From an uncultured delta proteobacterium (lineage in GTDB: Bacteria; Myxococcota_A; Polyangia; Polyangiales; Houyiibacteriaceae): a DNA stretch of 64,000 nt. Of the stretch, positions 1 to 9,155 are shown piece by piece (within the stretch, counting starts at the first letter, position 1; the number at the start of each line of letters is the position of its first letter). The notes under the pieces are model-generated. The model saw only the letters and a program-made list of their open reading frames with translations, was not told the origin of the DNA and searched no databases. A program made the translations under genes and the position numbers. The stretch lies in NCBI GenBank assembly GCA_963699755.1, contig CAVOVB010000006.1, forward strand, positions 64,001 through 128,000, in the 5' to 3' direction.

Positions 1-1036
1 CCCGCCTCCGGCGACGGACGATCCAAGCCTCTGGGAGAATCGCCTCGAGGAGGATCAAGAGGAAGCCAGGAAGGAGCGCCAAAGCGTAACGGTTCTCGTG
101 CACGGTGACTCTCCGCGCTTTTCTCTCCGACGCCTGAAGCTTGGCGAGCTCCGCGCGAATCTCGGTCACGCCTACAGTGCCTTCTTCGGCTCGCACGTAC
201 GTTCCTCCGGTAATCGACGCGATCTCCTCGAGGGTGTCTTCGTTCTCGGCGCTGAGCGCGGTCATGACCAGCTGGCCGTCTTCGTCCTTCATGTGTCCGA
301 TGAGAGCTCCGTCGGCAGTGTAGCTCGGAATCGGCTCACCGCTGCCCGAGCCGATGCCGACGGCATAGATCTGGATGCCCGCGGCCTTCAACTCTTCGGC
401 CGCTGCGATTGGATTGCCTTCGTGATCTTCGCCATCCGTCAGGAGGATCACGACTTTCGAACGGCTGTCTGAGCTGCTCTCGTTGCTGCGTTCGATCAGC
501 CGCTTGGAAGCGATGAGCGCTTTGCCGATCGCCGTTCCACCCACGGGCATGTCCATCGGGCTGAGGTCACGCAAGAACAAGCGAACCGCCGAGTAGTCGA
601 CCGTCATGGGAAACGCCATGGCGTCGCCGGCAAAGGCTACGAGACCGACTCGGTCTCCATCGAGATCGGTCAAGAGACGTTCTAGCTCGCCCTTTGCGCG
701 CTTTATTCGGCTCGGGTGCACGTCTTGAGCGAGCATGCTCTTCGAAAAATCGAGCGCGATGACGATGTCGATTCCGCGCTTGCGAAGGACGCGGGTTCGG
801 CTTCCATACTGCGGCCCCGCTAGCGCGACGATCACGAGCGCCGTACCGACGATCCAGAGCGTCGCACGTGTCCTCCTCCACCACTTGCTGCGTCCGGCGA
901 TCAAGGGTTCGACCGTGCCGATCCTGCCGAATCGCTCGGTTGCGCGTTGCCGCCTCGCCCTGTTCCACCAGAGCGCCGCGACCGCCACCGGGAGCAGGGC
1001 CAGAAGCCAAAGCAACTGTGGATCAGCCCACGTCAC
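1..1036 (-). CDS. batB: VWA-domain membrane protein, BatB-like (runs off window start; absent from the ORF track)
   Basis: Hand translation from GTG at 1036, overlapping the batA stop (GTGA): MTWADPQLLWLLALL...GIDIVIALDFSKSMLAQDVHPSRI (MIDAS DxSxS)...DRVGLVAFAG...GGTAIGKAL...VVILLTDGEDHEG...C-terminal TM. No stop before position 1. Confidence 0.85.
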   Translation of the reverse strand, partial: MTWADPQLLWLLALLPVAVAALWWNRARRQRATERFGRIGTVEPLIAGRSKWWRRTRATLWIVGTALVIVALAGPQYGSRTRVLRKRGIDIVIALDFSKSMLAQDVHPSRIKRAKGELERLLTDLDGDRVGLVAFAGDAMAFPMTVDYSAVRLFLRDLSPMDMPVGGTAIGKALIASKRLIERSNESSSDSRSKVVILLTDGEDHEGNPIAAAEELKAAGIQIYAVGIGSGSGEPIPSYTADGALIGHMKDEDGQLVMTALSAENEDTLEEIASITGGTYVRAEEGTVGVTEIRAELAKLQASERKARRVTVHENRYALALLPGFLLILLEAILPEAWIVRRRRR

Positions 1037-2145
1037 GGCCACCTCCTCAGCCAGACGAGAAGCACCAGCTCGATCAGCACAAAGAGCAGGGCGGGCGCCA
1101 CAAAGGCGGGGAATAGATCGGTGTACATTCGTCCCGCATCCTCGATATCGGTTTTCTCGAGCTCGTCCAGGATTTGGTGGAAGCTCTGCTCGAGGGCCTC
1201 TCGGTCGCTGACGAGGAAGAACTCTCCTCCCGTCGCATCGGCCATTTCCTCTAGGAGCTCAGGGTTCACGGGATAGTTGCCGCTTCCAAAGATCGCGCGG
1301 CCGAAGATGCCCGTACCCCGTTGAACTGGCGCGTCACCAGAGACTCCCATCAGAATCGGGTAGATCTTGACCCCCATCGCGCTCGCGAGGGCTGCCGCCT
1401 GCGAGGGTGATACATTTCCGGCGTTCGATTCGCCATCCGTCAGGAGAATCACTACCTTGCTCTTGGCACGCGAACGCTTCAACCGATTGAGGCTTACGCC
1501 AACGGCGTTTCCGATCGCCGTGCCGCGCCCATCGATTTGATCGAGCTCGAGACCACGAAGCGCCGTGCGCAAGGCTTCACGATCGGTGGTGAGCGGGAGA
1601 AGCGTATACGCGTCGACTCCGAACACGACGGCGCCGATCCGATCGTTCGGGCGACGATTGATGAAGTCACGAACCACCGATTTCGTCGCTTCAAAACGCG
1701 TTGGTCTGATGTCGCTCGCCTCCATCGAGCGGGACATGTCGAGTGTGAGGATGATCTCGATACCGCTCACCTCAGCAGTGTCGCGCGCATGAATGCTCTG
1801 CGGTCCGGCCAGGCCCACCACCAGAAGCGCGACGGCGACGGTCCGCAACGCGGCCGGCAAGTCCGCGAGGCGAATGCGCCAACTGGCTTCGGGTATTTGC
1901 AGCGCGGCCGCCCGGCTGAACTGAAGTCTCGGTCTGGAGAGTCGCTGGACCCATACCCGGGCAAACCAAGCCATCGGGACGGCGAAAAAGAGCAGAGCTG
2001 CCCATGGACGCTCGAAGCGAAGCTGTTCGTCGGTGATCAAGAGCTGATACCTCGACTCGAGGTATCGCAAGCTGATGACGAGCCCGACGAAAGCCGCCGC
2101 TGCAAGCCACCCGATCGCCCAACCCCGGCGCCCTCCCCGAGTCAT
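1033..2145 (-). CDS. batA: VWA-domain membrane protein, BatA-like
   Basis: MIDAS LDMSRSM, DRIGAVVFG, GTAIGNAV, VVILLTDGESNAG; N- and C-terminal TM segments; position in a moxR operon. Confidence 0.85.
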   Translation of the reverse strand: MTRGGRRGWAIGWLAAAAFVGLVISLRYLESRYQLLITDEQLRFERPWAALLFFAVPMAWFARVWVQRLSRPRLQFSRAAALQIPEASWRIRLADLPAALRTVAVALLVVGLAGPQSIHARDTAEVSGIEIILTLDMSRSMEASDIRPTRFEATKSVVRDFINRRPNDRIGAVVFGVDAYTLLPLTTDREALRTALRGLELDQIDGRGTAIGNAVGVSLNRLKRSRAKSKVVILLTDGESNAGNVSPSQAAALASAMGVKIYPILMGVSGDAPVQRGTGIFGRAIFGSGNYPVNPELLEEMADATGGEFFLVSDREALEQSFHQILDELEKTDIEDAGRMYTDLFPAFVAPALLFVLIELVLLVWLRRWP

Positions 2146-3083
2146 GATGCGCCTCGATCCTGGCTGATCGCCCTGGGGCGAGTCCGATCGACCAATGCGA
2201 GCGCGTCCTCGATCAGCTCGTGCGATGCGTCGTCGGCCAACGAGGCTTTCGCGAACTTCACCAAGTCACATTGACCGAGAAACCCGATCACTTCCTGGGG
2301 AGCGATAGGCAGCGACTTGGCCTGGTCGAGCTCGGACGCGATTTCATCGGTCGTGCTTTCGAGACCGTGGAACCCGTAGCGGTGGCCGAGGTAGGCGCGG
2401 ACCGAATCGCTAACCGCGTCGACCCATTGCTCGGTGTGCCCTTCCTCGATCGCTTTCGAGCGCCCGCGCTCGAGCTCGCGAAGCTCTGCCAGCGCAGTTT
2501 CCCAGGGGGGTGGGGGAGGGGGCGGCGCGGGCTCTGGCCTGTCCCGCTTCTGCCACCAGCGCATGAACATCCATGCCAGCAATGCGCCGACCGCGAGGGC
2601 CAGCAACGCGCCCAGGATGATCAGCAACCTGTAGTCGTCCTGCTCGACGATCAGCGGCTCGCTCGGCGGTTTGAGCTGAGCGTCTGGTTCGTTCGCGAGC
2701 AGCGAGCGGATTTCGATGCTGCTGCTGTTCGAATCGAGCTCAACCAGCTCGCCGTCGGCGCTCGTAACGCGTACGCGAATCGGGCCGAGCTGATGCACTC
2801 CCACTTCGAAGCAAAGCAGCCGAAGCTCGAACGTGAAGGTCTTGGACTTTCCGTCCGGGGAAGGCTGGATCGTAAGCTTCTTGTCGAGAATCTCGAACGG
2901 TTCAAACGACTGCTCCGGCACAGCCGCCTCGTCGGAGGCGGCGGTGGTCACCGTCAGGATCACGTCGATCACGTCACCCACCATGCTTTCGACTGGCGCG
3001 TCGAGTGCGATCGCAGGCTCTTGCGCCAGCCCGATTCCAGGGGCGAACAAGGCAAAGAAGAGGATCGCAGCAGCTCGTTTCAC
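2142..3083 (-). CDS. Secreted/membrane-anchored Bat-operon protein (BatD/DUF4381-like)
   Basis: Signal peptide, beta-rich region, TM helix, poly-Pro linker, ESTTDE and DLVKFAK motifs seen in the gene between DUF58 and batA; 4-bp overlaps with both neighbours. Confidence 0.7.
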   Translation of the reverse strand: MKRAAAILFFALFAPGIGLAQEPAIALDAPVESMVGDVIDVILTVTTAASDEAAVPEQSFEPFEILDKKLTIQPSPDGKSKTFTFELRLLCFEVGVHQLGPIRVRVTSADGELVELDSNSSSIEIRSLLANEPDAQLKPPSEPLIVEQDDYRLLIILGALLALAVGALLAWMFMRWWQKRDRPEPAPPPPPPPWETALAELRELERGRSKAIEEGHTEQWVDAVSDSVRAYLGHRYGFHGLESTTDEIASELDQAKSLPIAPQEVIGFLGQCDLVKFAKASLADDASHELIEDALALVDRTRPRAISQDRGAS

Positions 3084-3967
3084 CGATAACCCGTGAGTCG
3101 CCGCTGCCTGAGTCGGAACAGCTCGGCCAGCGGCCGGACGAAATCGCGTTCGGTGCTCACTGTCACGTGGTCAAGTTGCAGACGGCGAAAGAGATGCTCG
3201 CGGGCAGCGCGTTGGCGCTGTGCCTCGCGTGCGTACTCAGTGCGAACATTCAGATTCGAGGTGTCGACTTCGACCAGCTCTCCGGTTTCCAAGTCTTCTA
3301 CGAGGGCCAGGCCAACATCGGTGAGCTCGTCCTCCCGTGGATCGAGGATCTGGATGGGAATGACGTCATGCTTGGCCGAGACGACCTTGAGCGGTTTCTC
3401 ATATTGGTCCGCGATGAAGTCGCTGATCACGAAGGCAACGGTCCTGCGCTTGCCGACGCCGCCGAGGAGGTCCAAGGCCACCCCGAGGTCCGTCCCTTCG
3501 GCCACGGGCTTGGCGTTGAGGATCTCGGTGACCACGCGCATCACATGCGAGCGACCCTTCTTTGGCGGTACGAAGCGCTCGATGCGGTCGGTGAACAAGA
3601 TCAGGCCAACGCGGTCGTTGTTCTTGATCGCACTGAACGCGAGCAGCGCGGCTACTTCGGCGACGGTTTCGATCTTAGGCTTTTCGACAGACCCAAAGCG
3701 CTCGCTCGCCGATAGGTCGACGAGGAGCATGACCGTCATTTCACGCTCCTCGGTGAAGACCTTCACGTAAGTGTCATTCATGCGGGCGCTCACGTTCCAG
3801 TCGATGAAGCGAACATCGTCGCCGTGCTGGTATTGACGCACCTCGCTGAACGCCATTCCGCGCCCTTTGAAGACGGAGTGGTAGCTGCCTGCCAATTGGT
3901 TGTCGGCGAGCCTCGAGGTGTAAATCTCGATCTTCTTGAGTTTCTTGACGAGCTCTCGAGAGATCAC
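3080..3967 (-). CDS. DUF58 domain protein
   Basis: GSYHSVFKGRGMAFSEVRQYQHGDDVRFIDWNVSAR and VDLSAS motifs; directly follows moxR. Confidence 0.9.
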   Translation of the reverse strand: MISRELVKKLKKIEIYTSRLADNQLAGSYHSVFKGRGMAFSEVRQYQHGDDVRFIDWNVSARMNDTYVKVFTEEREMTVMLLVDLSASERFGSVEKPKIETVAEVAALLAFSAIKNNDRVGLILFTDRIERFVPPKKGRSHVMRVVTEILNAKPVAEGTDLGVALDLLGGVGKRRTVAFVISDFIADQYEKPLKVVSAKHDVIPIQILDPREDELTDVGLALVEDLETGELVEVDTSNLNVRTEYAREAQRQRAAREHLFRRLQLDHVTVSTERDFVRPLAELFRLRQRRLTGYR

Positions 3968-3979
3968 GCTGGGCCTCGC

Positions 3980-4993
3980 CTACGGGACTTCCACGGTTTC
4001 GAAGATTCTCCGTACGATTTGGTCGCTGCTGATCTCCTCGGCTTCGGCTTCGTAGGAGCGAATGATTCGGTGGCGAAGCACGTCGGGGCCGATGGCCTTG
4101 ATGTCTTCCGGAGTAACGTAGCCACGGTGCCGCATGAACGCGTGTGCGCGCGAAGCGACATTGAGGGCGATCGATGCGCGAGGAGACGCTCCGTGGGCGA
4201 TCATGTCGGTCAGGTCGCCTAGGCCGACTCGCACGGGGTGGCGCGTCGCAGTGACGATCTGAACGATGTAGTCCTTGATCTTCGGGTCGATATAGACGTG
4301 CCCAATCGTCTTGCGGGCCTCGAGGAGCTTCGCGGTGGTCGAGACCTGCTGCACCCCAGCGCCCGCGCCTGCATCTTTGCCAAGGAGCAAGTGGTCGGAG
4401 ATCTGGTCCATGATCTTCCGCTCCTCGTCCTGGCTCGGGTAATCGACCCGAACGTGCAGCATGAAGCGGTCGACCTGTGCCTCGGCAAGCGGGTAGGTGC
4501 CCTCCTGCTCGATTGGGTTCTGTGTGGCCATCACCATGAAGGGCTGATCGAGGGGATGCGTGGTATCCCCGATGGTGACCTGCAGCTCCTGCATGGCCTC
4601 GAGCAAGGCGCTTTGCACCTTGGCCGGCGCTCGGTTGATCTCGTCGGCCAGGACCAGGTTTGCGAAGATCGGCCCCTTCTTGGCAGTGAATTCCCCCCGC
4701 TGCTGGTTGTAGATGACCGTTCCGATGACATCGGCCGGGAGCAGGTCCGGAGTGAACTGAATTCGCTGGAACTTCGCGGCGATCGTCCGGCAAATCGTGT
4801 TGACGGTGAGCGTCTTCGCGAGCCCTGGAACGCCTTCGAGCAGAATGTGCCCTCCGGTGAGCAAGCCGATCAGAATGCGTTCGATCATCACGTCTTGGCC
4901 AACGACGACCTTGTGGACTTCGTGAAGAATCGTATCGATGAAAGCGCTCTCGCGCTGAACCATTTCGTTGATCACCCGGACGTCGTTTGACAT
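3980..4993 (-). CDS. moxR: MoxR-family AAA+ ATPase
   Basis: Walker A EGVPGLAKT, RIQFTPDLLPAD, Walker B LADEINRA, ATQNPIEQEGTYPL; start set at ATG 4993 with AAGGA SD. Confidence 0.95.
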   Translation of the reverse strand: MSNDVRVINEMVQRESAFIDTILHEVHKVVVGQDVMIERILIGLLTGGHILLEGVPGLAKTLTVNTICRTIAAKFQRIQFTPDLLPADVIGTVIYNQQRGEFTAKKGPIFANLVLADEINRAPAKVQSALLEAMQELQVTIGDTTHPLDQPFMVMATQNPIEQEGTYPLAEAQVDRFMLHVRVDYPSQDEERKIMDQISDHLLLGKDAGAGAGVQQVSTTAKLLEARKTIGHVYIDPKIKDYIVQIVTATRHPVRVGLGDLTDMIAHGASPRASIALNVASRAHAFMRHRGYVTPEDIKAIGPDVLRHRIIRSYEAEAEEISSDQIVRRIFETVEVP

Positions 4994-5079
4994 GTGTTTT
5001 CCTTGGGGCGAGGGGCTAGCACGGCGACCCACCCCCGACCAACAGCGGAGTCACCGCAAGTATTCACGGATTAGGAACC

Positions 5080-5198
5080 GGAGAACGGCTCGCGACGGGC
5101 GTGTTTGCGATTGGGCGCCTCGTCGCCAGGGGTCCCTAGGGAGAAATGCGGCTAGGCGCCGGCCCAATCGCCGTGCTGCCCATCCCGAGCCGTTCTCC
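5080..5198. repeat. 119-nt long imperfect inverted repeat (rod-like hairpin); candidate ncRNA or MITE-like element
   Basis: GGAGAACGGCTCG (5080-5092) pairs perfectly with CGAGCCGTTCTCC (5186-5198); inner GCGATTGGGC/GCCCAATCGC stem; central TCCCTAGGGA palindrome. Confidence 0.75.
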
Positions 5199-5256
5199 TG
5201 TGTAGAAGAGGGAATGCGGGAGGCCGCAGGTGCCAGCGCCAGCGTCACCGAACGGC

Positions 5257-5285
5257 TTGACAGGGGGCAGTGGGCTCGGAAGGCT
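5257..5285 (+). promoter_or_regulatory. Putative sigma-70 promoter of hemL (leaderless configuration)
   Basis: TTGACA-N17-AAGGCT, followed 7 nt later by the ATG at 5293. Confidence 0.5.
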
Positions 5286-5292
5286 TCGGCGC

Positions 5293-6582
5293 ATGTCGGA
5301 CCCGATCTCCCGAGAGCTCTTTGCACGTGCCTCCAACGTCATTCCTGGGGGGGTCAACTCTCCTGTTCGCGCCTTCGGCGCGGTGGGGGGGGAGCCGATC
5401 TTCATCAAGGAAGCCCATGGCCCGATCATGGTGGGCGCCGACGGGACCGAATACATCGATTACATCGGCTCCTGGGGGGCGATGATTCTCGGGCATGCTC
5501 AGCCGGACGTCGTCTCGGTGATCCAGCGTGCCGCCGAAAAGGGCTCGAGCTACGGCGCGCCGACCGAGGCGGAGATCACGATGGCCGAGCGGATTCGCGA
5601 TGCGGTTCCGTCCATGGAGATGTCGAGGCTGGTCTCGAGTGGCACCGAAGCGACGATGGGCGCGATTCGGGTCGCGCGCGGATACACCGGCCGCGACCTC
5701 ATCGTGAAGTGTATCGGCGGTTATCACGGCGGGGCCGACTACCTGCTGGTGAAAGGCGGCAGCGGCCTCGCGACTCTTGGTGAGCCCGACAGCGCCGGCG
5801 TGCCGACTGCGATCGCCGAGACTACTCTCGTCGTGCCCTACAATGACTGGTACGCCGCGGAGAAGATCTTCTCCGAGCGTGGGAGCGAGATCGCGGCGAT
5901 GATTTTCGAGCCGGTCGCCGGCAACATGGGCTGCATCCCCCCGGACCCGGAATGGCTCTACGCGCTCCGCACGCAGACCCAGAACCACGGTGCGCTCCTG
6001 ATCTGCGACGAGGTGATGACCGGTTTTCGGGTTGCCTGGGGCGGTGCTCAGAACCGCTACGACATTCAGCCTGACCTCACCTGCCTAGGGAAGATCATCG
6101 GGGGAGGCCTGCCGGTCGGAGCCTACGGTGGAAAGCGTGAAATCATGCAGAAAATCGCGCCTCTCGGCCCGGTCTATCAAGCCGGGACCCTAAGCGGGAA
6201 TCCGCTCGCGGTTGCGGCGGGCTTGAGCACGATCGAGCACCTGCTCCGCCCCGGTGTCTACGAGGACTTGGAACACAAGGGCGCCGAAGTTCAGGAGCTA
6301 ATCGAGCGCCACGCCGTTCTTGCGGGCGTGCCGATCACCGTGCAGCGGGTGGGATCGATGCTCACCGCCTACTTCCGGGCAGGACGAGTGCGCAACTGGG
6401 ACGAGGCCGCGGATACCGATCGCGACGCCTTCGGCCGCTGGCACGCGGCCCTCCTCGAACACGGGGTCTACTGGCCCTGTAGCCAGTTCGAAGCGGCCTT
6501 CGTTTCGCTCGCGCACGACGGCGAAACGCTTGAGAAGACCGGGCGGGCATTCAAGGCCGCCTTCGACGCGCTTCGCTCCTGA
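5293..6582 (+). CDS. hemL: Glutamate-1-semialdehyde 2,1-aminomutase
   Basis: IPGGVNSPVRAF, SSGTEATM, DEVMTGFR, PLP Lys in LGKIIGGGLPVG, YQAGTLSGNP. Confidence 0.96.
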   Translation: MSDPISRELFARASNVIPGGVNSPVRAFGAVGGEPIFIKEAHGPIMVGADGTEYIDYIGSWGAMILGHAQPDVVSVIQRAAEKGSSYGAPTEAEITMAERIRDAVPSMEMSRLVSSGTEATMGAIRVARGYTGRDLIVKCIGGYHGGADYLLVKGGSGLATLGEPDSAGVPTAIAETTLVVPYNDWYAAEKIFSERGSEIAAMIFEPVAGNMGCIPPDPEWLYALRTQTQNHGALLICDEVMTGFRVAWGGAQNRYDIQPDLTCLGKIIGGGLPVGAYGGKREIMQKIAPLGPVYQAGTLSGNPLAVAAGLSTIEHLLRPGVYEDLEHKGAEVQELIERHAVLAGVPITVQRVGSMLTAYFRAGRVRNWDEAADTDRDAFGRWHAALLEHGVYWPCSQFEAAFVSLAHDGETLEKTGRAFKAAFDALRS

Positions 6583-6624
6583 AAATCCGAGATTTTCGCT
6601 GGATCGCATGGTCCCGGACCAACC

Positions 6625-6652
6625 TTGACCCCACATACCCCCGTGCTATACG
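6625..6652 (+). promoter_or_regulatory. Putative sigma-70 promoter for the F0 ATP synthase cluster
   Basis: TTGACC-N16-TATACG with a TG extended -10. Confidence 0.4.
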
Positions 6653-6708
6653 CCGCCCGCTCTTTGGGCGTCGATGCTTAGGAAGTATAGGCAAAAGATG
6701 GGCTCGCC

Positions 6709-6957
6709 ATGTTCATTCCCCGGGACCAGCGGGAGCAACTCAAGCAGGTTCTCGGTTTGTCGACAATCGGCCTCGAGCTGGGTCTCTCGATCGCCGTTGG
6801 CTACTTCGGTGGACGCTGGTTGGATCGCCAGTTTGGCACCGGGCCCTGGCTTCAATGGTTCGGATTAGCTCTGGGCCTTGCCGCAGGCGTCCGAAGCCTC
6901 TACAGGGTCGTCCGCCGAGCAAAGAAAATCCTGGAAGACGAAGATAAGAAGCCGTGA
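6709..6957 (+). CDS. AtpZ/AtpI-family protein (ATP synthase gene 1)
   Basis: IGLELGLSIAVGYFGGRWLDRQFGTGPW signature; two TM helices; first gene of the atp cluster. Confidence 0.85.
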   Translation: MFIPRDQREQLKQVLGLSTIGLELGLSIAVGYFGGRWLDRQFGTGPWLQWFGLALGLAAGVRSLYRVVRRAKKILEDEDKKP

Positions 6958-7334
6958 TCGATCACCTCAAAACCGAGACTCCGCGCTACGTGGCCATTGC
7001 AGCCGTGCTTCTTGCGGCGCTTGCGTTTGCGATCGGTGGGACCGAAGTTGGCATCGGCGCGGCAGTCGGCGGGGTCGTTGCGCTGGTCGACGCCTGGGCA
7101 ATCATCTGGCTGGTCAGCGAAATCCTCACCGGCGCAGGCTTGAGCCGGGCCATTGCCGTCGCGCTGCTGGCCAGCAAGCTCATCATTGTGCTCGCCATTT
7201 GCTGGGCCTTGCTCACTCGCCTAGCGATCAACCCCATGGGGTTCGCGGTGGGGCTAGGCGCTCTAGTCGTGGGAATGCTCTACGCGGGTGCCAGACTATC
7301 CGTCCTAGAAGCTCAGGCCAGGAGGGAAGGGTAA
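6954..7334 (+). CDS. atpI: ATP synthase subunit I-like membrane protein
   Basis: 126 aa with four hydrophobic helices, located between atpZ and atpB. Confidence 0.7.
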   Translation: MIDHLKTETPRYVAIAAVLLAALAFAIGGTEVGIGAAVGGVVALVDAWAIIWLVSEILTGAGLSRAIAVALLASKLIIVLAICWALLTRLAINPMGFAVGLGALVVGMLYAGARLSVLEAQARREG

Positions 7335-7337
7335 ATC

Positions 7338-8141
7338 ATGCCGCACGGCGAGTCATGGTTCAGCTTCCTGCCCTTCTACGAGTCCCTGGCGCATTGGCTC
7401 TCCGAGTTCTTTGGCCCGAGCTATCTCGAGCACAATCCCCATCTGAGCGCACAGTTCGTCCTAGGGTATGCGCTCGTCATTCTAAGCCTCATCCTCGTCG
7501 CGTTGATGGTTCACCGGCGGCTGAAGAACCCCGAAGACCACATCCTTCCCGAGGGTAAGGTCAGCCTCTATGGCTTCATCGAGACCATCGTCGGCGCGAC
7601 CTACAAGATGTCTTCCGACTTGATGGGAGCGAAGCCTGCGCGCTACTTCTTGCCGCTGATCGGCAGCTGCGCATTGGTGATTTTCTTTTCGAATGTCTTG
7701 GGTCTTATCCCGGGCTTCCTGCCGCCTACGAGCAACCTGAGCACGACCTTTGCGATGGCGATCGTCATCTTTTTCGCTACCCATATCTACGGTATCAAAG
7801 AGCACGGTTTCGCGAAGTATTTTGGCCACCTCTTCGGCCCGCCGGTTCCCTGGTGGATCGCCTGGTTCATCCGTCCATTGGTGTTCCTGATTGAGATGAT
7901 CAGCCATTTCGTGCGTCCGATCACGCTTGCGGTTCGTCTCATGGCCAACATGACGGCCGACCACATGGTGCTCGCGATCTTCGTCGGCCTGTTTGCGGTC
8001 GCCTTGAACATGGTTTGGCTGCCGGTGCCGGTGGTCTTCTACATCCTGGGTTGTCTGGTCGTGACCGTTCAGACGCTCGTCTTCTGCCTGCTCTCGGTCA
8101 TCTACATCGCGCTTGCGATTCAACACGAAGAAGAACACTAA
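7338..8141 (+). CDS. atpB: F0F1 ATP synthase subunit a
   Basis: SNVLGLIPG, PPTSN, RPITLAVRLMANMTADH (essential Arg), VQTLVFCLL. Confidence 0.95.
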   Translation: MPHGESWFSFLPFYESLAHWLSEFFGPSYLEHNPHLSAQFVLGYALVILSLILVALMVHRRLKNPEDHILPEGKVSLYGFIETIVGATYKMSSDLMGAKPARYFLPLIGSCALVIFFSNVLGLIPGFLPPTSNLSTTFAMAIVIFFATHIYGIKEHGFAKYFGHLFGPPVPWWIAWFIRPLVFLIEMISHFVRPITLAVRLMANMTADHMVLAIFVGLFAVALNMVWLPVPVVFYILGCLVVTVQTLVFCLLSVIYIALAIQHEEEH

Positions 8142-8182
8142 GTTTCCCTCTCGGAAGAGGGGTTTTGAGGAGGCTCTCGAAC

Positions 8183-8500
8183 ATGAAGAAAATGGCTCTA
8201 CGACTGGTCGGCCTGATTGCGCCGCTTGCTTTGACCGCAACTGCTTTTGCACAGGATGCGGAAGGCGGAGAGGACGCTGTGGCGGTCGCCGGCAAGGCGA
8301 TGGCAGCGGGCCTCTGCATCGGCATCGCAGCATTCGGCTGCGGCTTGGGTCAGGGTCGCGCAGCGGCCACTGCCCTCGAGGGCATCGCCCGAAATCCGAA
8401 CGCATCGGGGAAGATCCTGGTGCCTCTGATTCTCGGTTTGGCGCTCATCGAGTCGCTCTGTATCTACGCCCTGGTCATCTCGTTCACGATTCTGGGCTGA
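8183..8500 (+). CDS. atpE: F0F1 ATP synthase subunit c with N-terminal signal-peptide-like extension
   Basis: GAGGAGG SD; GxGxGQG helix, ARNP loop, LIESLCIY ion-binding Glu. Confidence 0.95.
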   Translation: MKKMALRLVGLIAPLALTATAFAQDAEGGEDAVAVAGKAMAAGLCIGIAAFGCGLGQGRAAATALEGIARNPNASGKILVPLILGLALIESLCIYALVISFTILG

Positions 8501-8576
8501 GTCTTCGCCTGCGTCGGGGCGTTCCGGTTTTGGCGCACCCTGGCGGGCATCGAGTTCTCGGACCATAATTGTACCT

Positions 8577-9086
8577 ATGACCAGCGAGCATGAAGCAAGC
8601 CTGACGCCGGAACCCGCTCCCAAGCGGGGTCTCTCAGGTGCGGCCAAAGTCGGGATCGTGTTCATCATGCTCGTGGGTGCGGCCGCTTGGTTGCTTTCAG
8701 GCAGCGACAACCCGTTCGTATATTCGAAGCTGGTACATGAGGTGATGGCGGAGCCTGCTGCCCATGAAGGCCGCCGCCTCCGGGTCGAGGGCGAGCTTCG
8801 GCAGGGTTCGATCCAGTTCCGCGAAGATCCGTGCGAGTGGCGTTTCGTCCTTTACAAGGAGGACAAGGAAATGCCCGTGCGCTTCCCGCAGTGCGTCGTG
8901 CCTGACACATTCCGCGATGGGATGGGGATCCAAGTGACCGTACAGGGCGAGCTCGACGCAGACGGAGTCTTCCTCGCCAACCAGGTCATTCCGCGCTGCC
9001 CTTCGAAGTACGAGATGCAGGAGCGCTTGAAAGCCGGCGAGGAAATGCCCTACGACCCGAACGCGCGGCTACCAGGCCACAGCTAG
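8577..9086 (+). CDS. ccmE: Cytochrome c maturation heme chaperone CcmE (CxxxY type)
   Basis: N-terminal TM, LRVEG, VPDTFRDG, VTVQG, C-terminal RCPSKY. Confidence 0.8.
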   Translation: MTSEHEASLTPEPAPKRGLSGAAKVGIVFIMLVGAAAWLLSGSDNPFVYSKLVHEVMAEPAAHEGRRLRVEGELRQGSIQFREDPCEWRFVLYKEDKEMPVRFPQCVVPDTFRDGMGIQVTVQGELDADGVFLANQVIPRCPSKYEMQERLKAGEEMPYDPNARLPGHS

Positions 9087-9094
9087 CGAGGCCC

Positions 9095-9130
9095 GAAACG
9101 AGAAAGCCCGCCTCCAGGAGGGAGACGGGC
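9095..9130 (-). terminator. Intrinsic terminator of the 9156-9803 gene
   Basis: Minus strand GCCCGTCTCC-CTCCT-GGAGGCGGGC stem followed by TTTCTCGTTT; lies between convergent genes. Confidence 0.7.
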
Positions 9131-9155
9131 CTTCGAACGTCCTTGCGACGAGGTG

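Noticed and set aside
5080..5198. Hairpin as SRP RNA, 6S RNA or a terminator
   Set aside because: No SRP domain IV motif on either strand, too short with too small a bubble for 6S, no U tract, and the flanking genes are divergent
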